Assembly (NCBI RefSeq): GCF_001194135.2
Contig: NC_068983.1
Coordinates: forward strand, 109,225,781 to 109,289,780
Origin: Octopus bimaculoides
Taxonomy: Eukaryota
DNA length: 64,000 bases
Reading direction: 5' to 3'
A program made the position numbers and the translations under genes. A model generated the notes under the pieces. The model saw nothing but the letters and a program-made list of their open reading frames with translations, was not told the DNA's origin and made no database searches. This document shows, in pieces, positions 11,608 through 22,010 of the stretch (the first letter of the stretch is position 1; each line of letters starts with the position of its first letter).

Positions 11608-14207
11608 TATCCTTTTCAAAAGGTTTTTAATATTTCACTTAGGACAGAATACACCAGTTAGATCAACTTTGTTGAAAGAACTTTGGAAAATTTAGACTGA
11701 GATAAGGTTTACTTAGAAGAGAAACAATTTCAGTTTACATGTGGTTGCTGAACCATGAATGCCATATTTCTAATGAAACAAAGGTATGATAATTTCTTGT
11801 TTCATAACCTACATTGTATTTACAAATCTACAAACAGTGATGTCATTTTGTAAAGACTAGTGAGAGCGACTAAGGTTTCAACAAGGTTACTGAGAGTGAA
11901 GGTTATGATTGGCAGTAAATTCAGCAACTAGATTTGTACATGGGTAGATATTCATCAGGACCCTGTCATTATTCCCTTTGTCTTATAAATAGCCCATGGG
12001 GCTATCACAGGTAAACAAGACTGGATGGGAACTGCATGTAAATAAATCTTTGGCTGTGTTGTTCAGCATTTTACATTTTCTTAATCACTCGACTTCTGAA
12101 ACTCCACTTATTAAAGATTACTGACAGGGAAGTATAACAACTTGCATAAAATAATAAAATAATTACAGTAACAACAGATTTCAATTAGGAAATTTCTTCA
12201 GCTATGCTAGTTGATCATCAAATACATAATCAATAAATATCTAGTATATTTTCTTCACAAACAAGAAGTAGCATATAAGCAGGACTATTTTTGCTTATTG
12301 CAGCAGATGTACAGAAAAAGTAAATGATACAATTATCTCTAAACAACATTACGATTATTAGATTATGAAAGTTACATATAAGATATTTTGATTACAAAAC
12401 TTACAGCACACCAAGCAACCCATATATAAGACAGTTTGTAACATTATATCAATATTTTATGGCTGCCTTAATTCTGGGACATCTGGTATATTTAATATAT
12501 TTAAATTATTTTTTTCTTTCATCCTTTTAAATTAATTACTTTATTGATTATACTCATCTTCATCTATATGAAACTATGCCAACTCCCACATGATAAGTAG
12601 AATTTAATAATTAGATAAAATAAAATACGAATACAATGAAAATAGTCTAATAAAATCTAAATTACTGTGATTTTTTGATAAAAAAAGTTTTTGTTATATT
12701 TAAGACACATTTTTGTTAGTGTACAATTTTACCTACCATCAGAATCTTTGACAAAGAATTCTGTTCAAATAAATTTTATTGTTTTAAGTCATTTATCTTG
12801 ACCATGCTTCAATACAAAAGCAGGCTCATATTCATTAGTATCTTTCATACAGTTGGCTTTTATCATAAAATTCCTCAGCGCAGGACATTTGAAATCTTGG
12901 TTCTCTGCAGATTGGTGAGATCTGAATGTAGGCTTTTGTATCCAGTATTAATTTCTATCTAAACCATTCTTACAATTTATGCAAAATTGGTCCCATGATA
13001 AAACTGAGAGTTTGTGCAATCTATTATGTACTAGATGTCTGATTTTTGTCATGTTGACCCTTAAATGTTTGTGTTTTACATATCCTTTTTTGTAGCAGCT
13101 TCTCAGTAGATCCTGCAATGAGAACTACACCATCTTTAGCAATAGAAAAATCTCAGAAAGAAGACGAATGATAGAGCCCTGATAAACAACTATAGACAAA
13201 ACTGCTGAATAACTTTCTGGATAACCTGACTCATATAAAGTAGGCATTACTACTTTGAGAAAAAAATTTGTATATTAACATAATAAATTAAAAAATTCAG
13301 TAGAATACATGATCAAACTTTAATATTAAATATTAGTTAGTGTAGTGAAAAGCAGAGAGTATTAAAGTAGGCTGTAAATGAAATGGGTGTAAGGATAGGA
13401 GCAAATGTTCATGGGGAAGATACAAATATCACTGTTACCACTCTTTCTTCCCTCTTGGGAGAATATTTCTGATGAGCTATGGAGAGATAATGCTGATTAT
13501 GAAAAAATAATCAGCTAATTATCCTTTTAGTGAATAGAATTATTAACTATTTAATCTTTTGTTTTTTTGTAATATTTATGATAGGACATACTCCAAATAA
13601 TAAAAATGTGTATAATCTTTTTCCCTGCTACTGGGATATTGGTATAAAATAAAAAAAATAATAGACTGAACTTATGTAATTTATCGTAGTAGTTTATGTT
13701 AATTACATTTCTTGATATAATTCCAATGTCATTCAAACAATTTTGGTGCAAATCTAATTTGTATACTAAAAAATGTACTCAGACTGGTAAGTCGAATGAA
13801 CTGGAATAAATTTATGCAATAAAACACAATCCAAATGTATTTTTTAATGTTGGTTTCTTTGATTTTTAAAAAGTATTTTCTTTTCTGTTTTAGATGTTAA
13901 CTAAAATTGCCATGAGAAAACTCTTCTTAGCAGACAAGTGCGATTTTATTATAAGCATTGCCTTTATAAATCTATTAACTTCTGTTATAAACCCAAGGAT
14001 ATATTCATGCTAGAATTCTAAAAAATTCTATTAGCTTCACATTTAGCATGCACATGCATGCACACACACACACACACAATTTCTCTAAAACTTGCCTTCT
14101 CATTGTCATTAGTTTCTTCACCAATATACAAATATGCCAAGCTAAATTTGTCCCTAATCACTCATGCCCAACAATGTAACTTGGAACAGCAGTGTTCCTT
14201 TCATTAC

Positions 14208-14268
14208 CTTTAAGTCATACATTTCAGAACTAGCTCCTATTCTCAACAATATTTTGATATTTTCCTCT
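14208..14268 (-). CDS. Candidate 61-nt internal exon, ankyrin-repeat-like
   Basis: Acceptor TATGTTTCCACATATGTTTCTAG|, donor AAG|GTAATG. Open frame EENIKILLRIGASSEMYDLK resembles the ankyrin V/IxxLLxxGAxxxxxD motif. Short, so chance is possible. Confidence 0.4.
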
Positions 14269-14429
14269 CTAGAAACATATGTGGAAACATAACACTTTAT
14301 AAAAAAAGGTACTCTACTTTCTACTTACAATGTCCCTAACTAATTATCTACAAAGGGAAGGAAAATCTATAACATCTTATTTTGCTGCTTCACATCCCAT
14401 ATATCACTGATGAAGCAGAACAATGGTTC

Positions 14430-14528
14430 AATAGCAAGCAAGCAAGTAAGCAAGCAGGCAAGCAGGCAAACAAGCAAGCATATGTGCATGCATACATACT
14501 TACATACATACATACATACATACATACA
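14430..14528. repeat. Compound microsatellite (GCAA)n-(CATA)n
   Basis: Seen directly. Confidence 0.9.
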
Positions 14529-15266
14529 ATGAGTAGAGATGCAGGAAAAGCAGTAAAATGTAACAACCGATGCAGACTTTGTGGAGTTAACACTGAAGAT
14601 ATTACCCACATCATAAGCAGTTATCCGAAAATGTCATCATGATATTATCTACCAATGAGACATGATGTTGTAGCTAGGACTCTATAATGAAATCTGTCAG
14701 AAGGATAACCCCAAGAACAAAGAAATAAGAACCCCACAGTTGGGTAGAAGCCATAGCCACTCATGATATAAAGGAGTGCTGGTGGAATGTTCCAGTGAAA
14801 ACCTCAATAAAATGTAAGCACAACAGACCTGATATAATGATTTGGGATAGAAAAGAGAAACTGTGTACAGTTGTGGAAATTAGCTGCCCAGCAGATGTTG
14901 ACATAAAGATGATGATCAGTGAAAAAGAGAATACCTATGCTGAACTACAGAGAAATCTTCCATTACTTTATCCAGATTACAAGTTCAGGTTTACACTTGT
15001 GATTATTGGGGCCCTGGCATATATAACACCTTGCCTAAATACCGATCTTGAGAAATAAGGCTTCTGAAAACCAGAAAGGAGAGAAAGCTAATTCAAAGAC
15101 TACAGATCTAATCCATCACTGGAACTGTAAAAATCTGTAAAACTTTTCAGAAGTTTATCATTTAAATATATATGATCATGTCTAGATAAGCAACTAAATG
15201 CATAAGAATGCATACATAAAGCAAAACAACGAAACTGCTCATACACACACATACATACATACATAT
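14529..15266 (+). mobile_element. 5'-truncated R4/Dong-like non-LTR retrotransposon (CCHC finger + restriction-like endonuclease + 3' UTR)
   Basis: CRLCGVNTEDITHIISSYP..RHDVVARTLY..WWNVPVKTSIKCKHNRPDIMIWDRKEKLCTVVEISCP..KENTYAEL..IIGALAY: PD..E endonuclease motif; ends in (CA)n(CATA)n. Confidence 0.88.
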
Positions 15267-15485
15267 AATTATAGTAAATAAGATACAGTAAATGTTGGTT
15301 CAAAAATTTAATCCACAACTCACTGGCCTTATATGAAATACCAAATCAGGAAAAGGCATTATATTATACATTTTAATCTCATATATATATTTATAAAGCA
15401 ATCCTTTTCAGTACGAATCTTTCTTTGCTTAAAGATATATTAGAAAAAACATTTTCAATTCAAAATTGAAAACTCTCCTATCATA

Positions 15486-15746
15486 GGTGACATACATGGC
15501 TTAGTGGTTAGAGTGTCAGGCTCACAATCATGAGGTAGCGGGTTTGATTCTCTGAAAGATGCTGTGTATTGTGTTCTTGGGCAAGATACTTAATTTCACA
15601 TTGTTCTAGTTCGCTCAGCTGTAGAAATGAGTGCCAAGCTGTATCAGCTTTTGCCTTTTCTTGGACAACAGCAGTGCTATAGAGAGGGGAGGTGGGTATG
15701 CAAGGACAACTGCTGATCTTACATAAGCAAATTTGCCCAGACTTGT
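15486..15746 (+). mobile_element. tRNA-derived SINE family C, 5' part (interrupted)
   Basis: Box-A-like TGGCTTAGTGG; body colinear with the reverse complement of 25252-25585 up to TTGCCCAGACTTGT. Confidence 0.9.
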
Positions 15747-18190
15747 AAACGTTCGTTTACTGAAAGTAAGAGTGGAAGATTAGATTGCACCGATGAAGAG
15801 CTCAAACACCATCTTAAAGAGACATACAGCAATGCTGATAGAAATAAAGTATTCCCAGAAATGCATGGGCTGAAGAAGCCACCTGAACCAAGGGTACCAT
15901 TTGATTTGAGTGACATCAGACAGAAAGAAATGGATGAGTTTATTAGAAAAGCAAGAGCAAAAAATTCACCAGGGAATGATGGAGTTAGCTAGAAGTGTAT
16001 AAGTATTGCCCGAAATTGTGTTTACAACTGTTTGCACTGTTAAGGCAAATGTGGAAGAAGAAAGACGTAGCAGAGCGATGGTGTATAGCTGAAGATACCT
16101 AAAGAGAAGGATGCAAAAACACTAAGACATTTCAGACCCATTTCACTATTAAATACCAATGGAAAAATCATGTTTGGAAAAATTGCCAGACGAATTATAA
16201 GATTTGTACAGCATAATGGATATGTTAATGTAGCAATCCAAAAGGCAGGAATCCCTGGAATCCCTGGGTGCATAGAACATGCATTTTCCATTTGGGAGGC
16301 TATCATCTGTGCAAAACAACTGAAGAAAAACCTGTACATCGTATGGCTAAATCTTGCCAATGCATACAGATCTGTTCCTCATGCACTAATTCATGCAGCT
16401 ATGGACTTCTTTTGGATTCCAGATGTTCAACGAATGCTCATGTGTTACTACAATAAATTGAGGATGAGATTTACAGCAGGAAAGTTCACAACAGAGTGGC
16501 AACGGCTTGAAGTAGGTATTACAGCTGGATGCACGATATCAGTCATCTTATTTGTGCTAGTCATGGAGATATTACTAAGATGAACAAACTGAGAAATCTG
16601 TTACGAAGACACCATTAAGAGCTTTTATGGACGACGTTACAGTATTTTCAGAAAGTAGAGAAGCAGCAGATAGAATGTTAGAGTGGTTGAAAAATTAATA
16701 GGGTGGGCAACAATGAAATTCGAAGCCAAAATATCCTGAAGCATGGCTTTTGTGAAAGGGGTTCAAAAAGAAGTAAAATTTAGGATAGGAGATAATATGG
16801 CCATTGCAAATATACGAAATGGCCTTGAGTAGAGTAAAAAAAAAAAGGAATAAAGATGCAGTGTGTTTATCAGAAAATGGCTTGGTCTTCCAGAACCACT
16901 GAATACAACTGCACTATATGGAAAACCCATGCTGCAACTACTGATAACATCAATCACTGAAGAACATAAGGCAGGAAAGGTAAGGACAGTAATGATGCTA
17001 AGGTATTCGAAAGATCAGAACATCCAAGAAAACCCTCCAAAGGTATGAACAGGAAGGAGATGGAAAGTGGAAGAAGCAGTAAACAGGGTGATCGGAAAGC
17101 TAAGGCATGGTGATATAGTTGGAGCAACGCAAGAGGCAAGTGCTAGTCTAAAAGAGATGAAAGAGGCAGTGGTACACGAAGTGAGAAAGGAGGAAGAAGA
17201 AAAGCAAAATGTACATTTGGTGCAATGTTGTCAACAGGGACAGTGCCTGAAATGAGAGGAATATGTAGTCAGTCACAGAATCTCATGGAAGGAACTTTGG
17301 ACTTGGGAACAAGCAAGGACATCCGTCTTGATCAAGTATACCTCTGATGTTTTGCTTTCACCAGCGAATTCAGTCCAGTGGAACATGCAAACAACTGATG
17401 AATGTAGATGCGGAGAGAAAGCGATAGTGGACATGTTCTGTCAAACTGCAGGCTAGCATTAAACAGATATACATGGCATCACAATCAAGTCCTTGGTGTC
17501 ATAAGTACAGCACTCAAGGAGAAGATAGAGGGATATAATAGGGGAGAATACCCAAAAGTAGAAAAGCGCAGAAAAATATACTTCCAGGAGGGAAAAGAAC
17601 ATAAGGCCAGGCCTTCAAATAAAATATACAAGACAGTCAAAAGATGGAAGGGATACTGGTAGTTGGCTGTGGATTTGGAAAGACTGTTAATATTTCCACT
17701 CATAAAAACAACACAGAATGGAGAATTGGAATTTTGCTAGAGCTGACAGTGCCATGGGAAGAGAACATCGCTAATGAAGAGCAATGGAAAGAGAAGAGGT
17801 ATGAAAAATTAATCGAAGAGTGCAGAGAACAGGGAGGGACTGTCGAGTATTACCACCTGGCAGTGGGGGCTAGAAGCTTCATTGAAAGGAAAATGACGAT
17901 GTTATTTAAAAGAAGGTTTGCATTTTCATGCTCAGAGCTGAGAAAAGTAATAAGAAGGATACAGGAGGCAGTTGAAAAAGCCAGCTTCTATATAAAGCTG
18001 AAGCGAGAAAACCCAAAATGGCTTGAAAACTATAACATGCTGACTGGGAAATAGCGTCGCTAGGTGAGACTGGTTGACACGTAAACAGCATCGCTGATTG
18101 ACAGGTGGGCCAAGGTAGCGGTCTCATTCATAGCGTCCCCTCCTCCTGGTTTGGTCGGCTCTGGCTGCTGGAATTAAAATTAACACAACA
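15747..18190 (+). mobile_element. 5'-truncated, decayed Hero-like (R2/NeSL group) non-LTR retrotransposon
   Basis: RT: FRPISLLNTNGKI..IQKAGIPGIPGCIEH..WLNLANAYRSVPH..VGITAGCTISVILFVLVME..PLRAFMDDVTV. CCHC/RLE: GHVLSNCRLALNRYTWHHNQVL..LLELTVPWEENI..KEKRYEKL..LAVGARSF. ORF ends at 18054; the 3' boundary is approximate. Confidence 0.9.
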
Positions 18191-18289
18191 CTGTTGGAAG
18201 GCAGGTTTAGAGAGGGCATGGGCTAAAACTATGCACCCTTCCCCTCCATTGGTCATATGAAGCTTAGACAGTAACACATGACAGTTAGC

Positions 18290-18600
18290 TGGTGCTGGCT
18301 GCTGGAGCCTACTGGTGAGTATTTAAAGGGAAATTTGGTAGGATGGTCAGTTGCCCAGTGACATTTGTTGATGTTGCATTGAAGGAACCAAACAGCATAA
18401 GAAAAAAGGAGAAAGAAGAAACGTACTCAACACCAGAGCTAAAGACACCTCCAAAAGGAGGGGGCCCAACCACGACAAAAATGGTAGAGGACTAGGGGCT
18501 AAAACCAGACATGGTTGCTCTTGAAGATGTCTTTAGCCACTGGATCCTACAAAGGAGCTGTTGAGGTAGCAAACCACGAAACATGGTTGGAATTCCATTC
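18290..18600 (+). mobile_element. Penelope-like element 3' fragment (end of GIY-YIG ORF plus pLTR-like region)
   Basis: Frameshifted EYLKG..SVAQ*HL..H/VALKEPNSIRKKEKE..KGGG resembles the PLE C-terminus (SAVAEH..KE.N..RK.KEA..LNR.GG); followed by hammerhead-like motifs. Confidence 0.5.
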
Positions 18601-18603
18601 CTT
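18552..18603 (+). ncRNA. Degenerate type I hammerhead-ribozyme-like motif
   Basis: CTGTTGA (18558-18564) - GGT AGCAA ACC AC - GAAA (18578-18581) - CATGG TTGGAATT CCAT - TC; three small deviations from the canonical core and stems. Confidence 0.4.
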
Positions 18604-18655
18604 GGAGTAAAACTTTCTAGGTGCAATCTCATGATCAGAGGGGGTCTTTACTCTT
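18600..18655 (+). mobile_element. SINE family C, 3' part (continuation of 15486-15746)
   Basis: AACTTTCTAGGTGCAATC is identical to the segment that follows GACTTGTGCCTCAGAGGGG in the intact copy at 25252-25585. Confidence 0.85.
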
Positions 18656-19782
18656 ACCTAATAAATGGTGAGGTCCTTGAATTAATTGCAAATTTAAGTT
18701 TCAAAAATATTTTTTAAGAGACCAGTCATGAAAGTACATAGAATATTTGAAATATGGAAACAGAAGGATATATAATAAACACAATAATAGTACAATTCAA
18801 AAGGCAACTCAGCTGAACATACGCAATTTGTATGCCAGCCTTAAATGAGTAAATGCTGATGATCAAAAGTAACTAGTATAACATAAAAGAAATTTTATAC
18901 GCTATCAAAATAACTGCAATTATACCAGAAAAGTAAAACAATAAAATGAAGAATAAGTTAATATCTTTAAATTTCAAAGAAGTAGAGGCATCATCTGAAA
19001 TAATATGGTGTGTTTAGACTACCTAATATATAAAGTATGTTATCTTTAAGGAATTAATGCTAAAAACAACCTATCAGAAACAATTATGAAAATAACTAAA
19101 GATTGGATAAGATAGTTGACACTATAATGAAGAGCCAGAAAGACTAATAAAAGGAAAAGTTAATCATGTGAATGTAAATTAATACAATGAGTACACAGAA
19201 ATTAGCTCAAGACACATATAATGGTATGCATTAAATTTTTGGAAGTAACAATTGTTTTCATTAAATTTTCAATGGAACTTTGCAGTTTGTTTATGATATA
19301 TTTATAGCACATACAAACTAAAATAAAATACATTTCTTGCTTTAGGAAAGAGAGCTCTGAACATTGAATGTGGCCAATTCTTATAAATATCATGAAGCAA
19401 ATATTCAGTTTCTTTTAATTATATATTTTAATGAATGAGGTAGTTACCTATTATCATTTTTGTATATTGTATTGCATTTTAAAGTTAAAATAATGGAGAT
19501 GGAGTATAGATAATATATTAAGAGTAAGTGAAATACGGTTATATTCCCTAGTTGTTATAAATTAGCTGCTTAAATTGCTTGTTGCACTTATGTAAGTGTA
19601 TATTTTAAGTGCATGTTTCTTATGAGATTATCTAAGCTTTGTCTGTAAAAAGAATGTACAATAGAATTGTTATTGTGCATTATATCACTTACCAATTTGC
19701 AAGAACATGTAAGACACAATATGCTTGTTTAATTTTGTATGATAGCTCTATTATTTTTTAAACCTGTTATCTTGAAAACATT

Positions 19783-20011
19783 TTACACCTTTAGTATTTA
19801 AACCACCCCATATCAGGCCCAAACATTCTACCTATTTTATGTTCAAACCAGTCAGTTCTGGCCTCTCACACCTACCTTACAATGTCATTCTAAAAACAAA
19901 CAATCACATCATTGAAATTTCAAAGCTACAAGATAATGCATGATTAATCCAAAATAATGTGAATAAATAAGCATTACATTTGATTGAGTAATCTGAATGC
20001 TAAATGGTTAA
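19783..20011. mobile_element. ~230-bp MITE with TTAA-type termini (piggyBac-like non-autonomous)
   Basis: Left TTACACCTTTAGTATT versus reverse complement of right end TTAACCATTTAGCATT (12/16); right end terminates in TTAA; non-coding. Confidence 0.65.
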
Positions 20012-20737
20012 ACTCCTACCTTTTCGTAAATGATTTAGTAGTATTAGAGTTAACTGAAAATTACAAGCACTCAGCTATTTGTATTCCAGTTGGAATACAA
20101 AAAGGACAACAACTCATAGTTGACAAAACACTGACCATCAAAATTAAAACAGAACCTATTGTTTATCCAGAATATAGCTTTATACTCTTTTTATCATCAT
20201 TTACAATGTTCTTAGCTCCACTTGGCTTCAATGAAACAGTTTTTCCTGTTCTTTAGTTGTAGAAGGAGGGGCAATTTTAGATTGATGATGTCAATAATGC
20301 TGATACTTAGTTTGAATCTTTATAGGTTTACACCTGTCAGGGGAAAATGTAGGCTGGAAGTGAATTTAAGAGAGATGCTGTTATAAAAAAAGGAAAGCCA
20401 GAGCGAATATGTTTATTGCAGGAGTTTGTGGAATTAAGTAAATAATGATAATGAAAACAGAAAATATATGCATCAGACAGGCTTCAACAAAAGTGATGAT
20501 AATTTTCTACCACCCATTACTGAAATTAATTGTAAATTCCTTACTGATTAGATGTTTTCCTTGCAGAATCATTCCTTTACAGGAGTTAATAGAAATGCTA
20601 CCCACTGGGCAATGCTTCTGCTAGTGCATATCATGTTTGCTTGTATGAAACTATTGTGATGCACTTATCTGCCTCTCTCCCCACCCCTCTCTCTCTCTCT
20701 CACTCATTCTCTTTCTCTCTCTGATACACACACACAC

Positions 20738-20774
<37 letters not shown>

Positions 20775-21141
20775 NNNNNNNNNNNNNNNNNNNNNNNNNN
20801 NNNNNNNNNNNNNNNNNNNNNNNNNNNNNNNNNNNNNNNNNNNNNNNNNNNNNNNNNNNNNNNNNNNNNNNNNNNNNNNNNNNNNNNNNNNNNNNNNNNN
20901 NNNNNNNNNNNNNNNNNNNNNNNNNNNNNNNNNNNNNNNNNNNNNNNNNNNNNNNNNNNNNNNNNNNNNNNNNNNNNNNNNNNNNNNNNNNNNNNNNNNN
21001 NNNNNNNNNNNNNNNNNNNNNNNNNNNNNNNNNNNNNNNNNNNNNNNNNNNNNNNNNNNNNNNNNNNNNNNNNNNNNNNNNNNNNNNNNNNNNNNNNNNN
21101 NNNNNNNNNNNNNNNNNNNNNNNNNNNNNNNNNNNNNNNNN
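20775..21141. other. Assembly gap (N run)
   Basis: Run of N after (TA)n. Confidence 1.
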
Positions 21142-21884
21142 AGAGTCAAAGGTTGAAGGGGGAAAGACGTTGAGTAAAAAGGATGAAGATAAGAGTGAGA
21201 GGGTAAAAGTTATATAGAGAGAAATAGAAAGACTAATAGGAATAGAGGCAGCAAAGCAGAAAGAGAGAGAGAGAGAGAGAGAGAAAAGAGAGACACCATT
21301 GCAAAGAAATAGAAGAAAAGCAACATGAATGTAAGTCATTACAAAATGTATATCACAGAGAATAAAAGCATGTAATCGAAATCTTCAATAATAAAAGTTT
21401 TGAAAACCACATCTTGGTAAAACTGTATTAAAATTAAAATTTTCTAGAGAGGCTATTCTTTAATAACTACTTTCCTTTAGCACAAGTTACATACCCACCA
21501 CTAATTAATAAGCAGCTTCCTTTATTATAGTATAGATGAATTAATTGTAACTTCAATCACTTCGGTTGAGTTGGTGATAATTTTAATGTACAAATATATC
21601 ATAGTAAATGGTATTTATGTACTCAGAAAAATGTTGTGTACATGATTCTGTCTCAAATTGATACTATAAACTTAATTTAAACTGATTTGTAGCAGACTGA
21701 GTAGGTCGCACAGGAGTGTGGTTATTTGTGTGGTTACTTGCATTAATTATGTCTAGTTAAGATATAAGTTGTATTCATGTATGTATGTATGTATGTATGT
21801 ACATGTGTAAGTATGTATTGTGTGTGTGTGTGTGTACGTATGTGTATGTGCAAGAGAGTGTGTGTATGTATATAACAACCACCA

Positions 21885-22010
21885 CCACCAGCATCATCAT
21901 TTTTTGTTTTATGTTTGTTTTCCATGCTGGCATAGGTTGGATGGACCAACATAGTGGATTCGGTTCCTATTTAGGGTGATTGCTCTTCTGGACTGGCCAA
22001 AAGGACTATG
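21885..22010 (-). mobile_element. RTE-type 3' tail fragment
   Basis: CATCATCAT..TTTCCATGCTGGCATAGGTTGG similar to the start of 35645-36232. Confidence 0.55.

Noticed and set aside
13470-13515. CTGATGAG next to a perfect 9-bp hairpin (GCTGATTAT/ATAATCAGC)
   Set aside because: GAAA is not positioned after a stem II and there is no stem III or NUH; an isolated hairpin is expected by chance in AT-rich DNA.
19690-19780. Strong minus-strand donor (TG|GTAAGT) with upstream VLHVLA motif
   Set aside because: In-frame stop before any acceptable acceptor.
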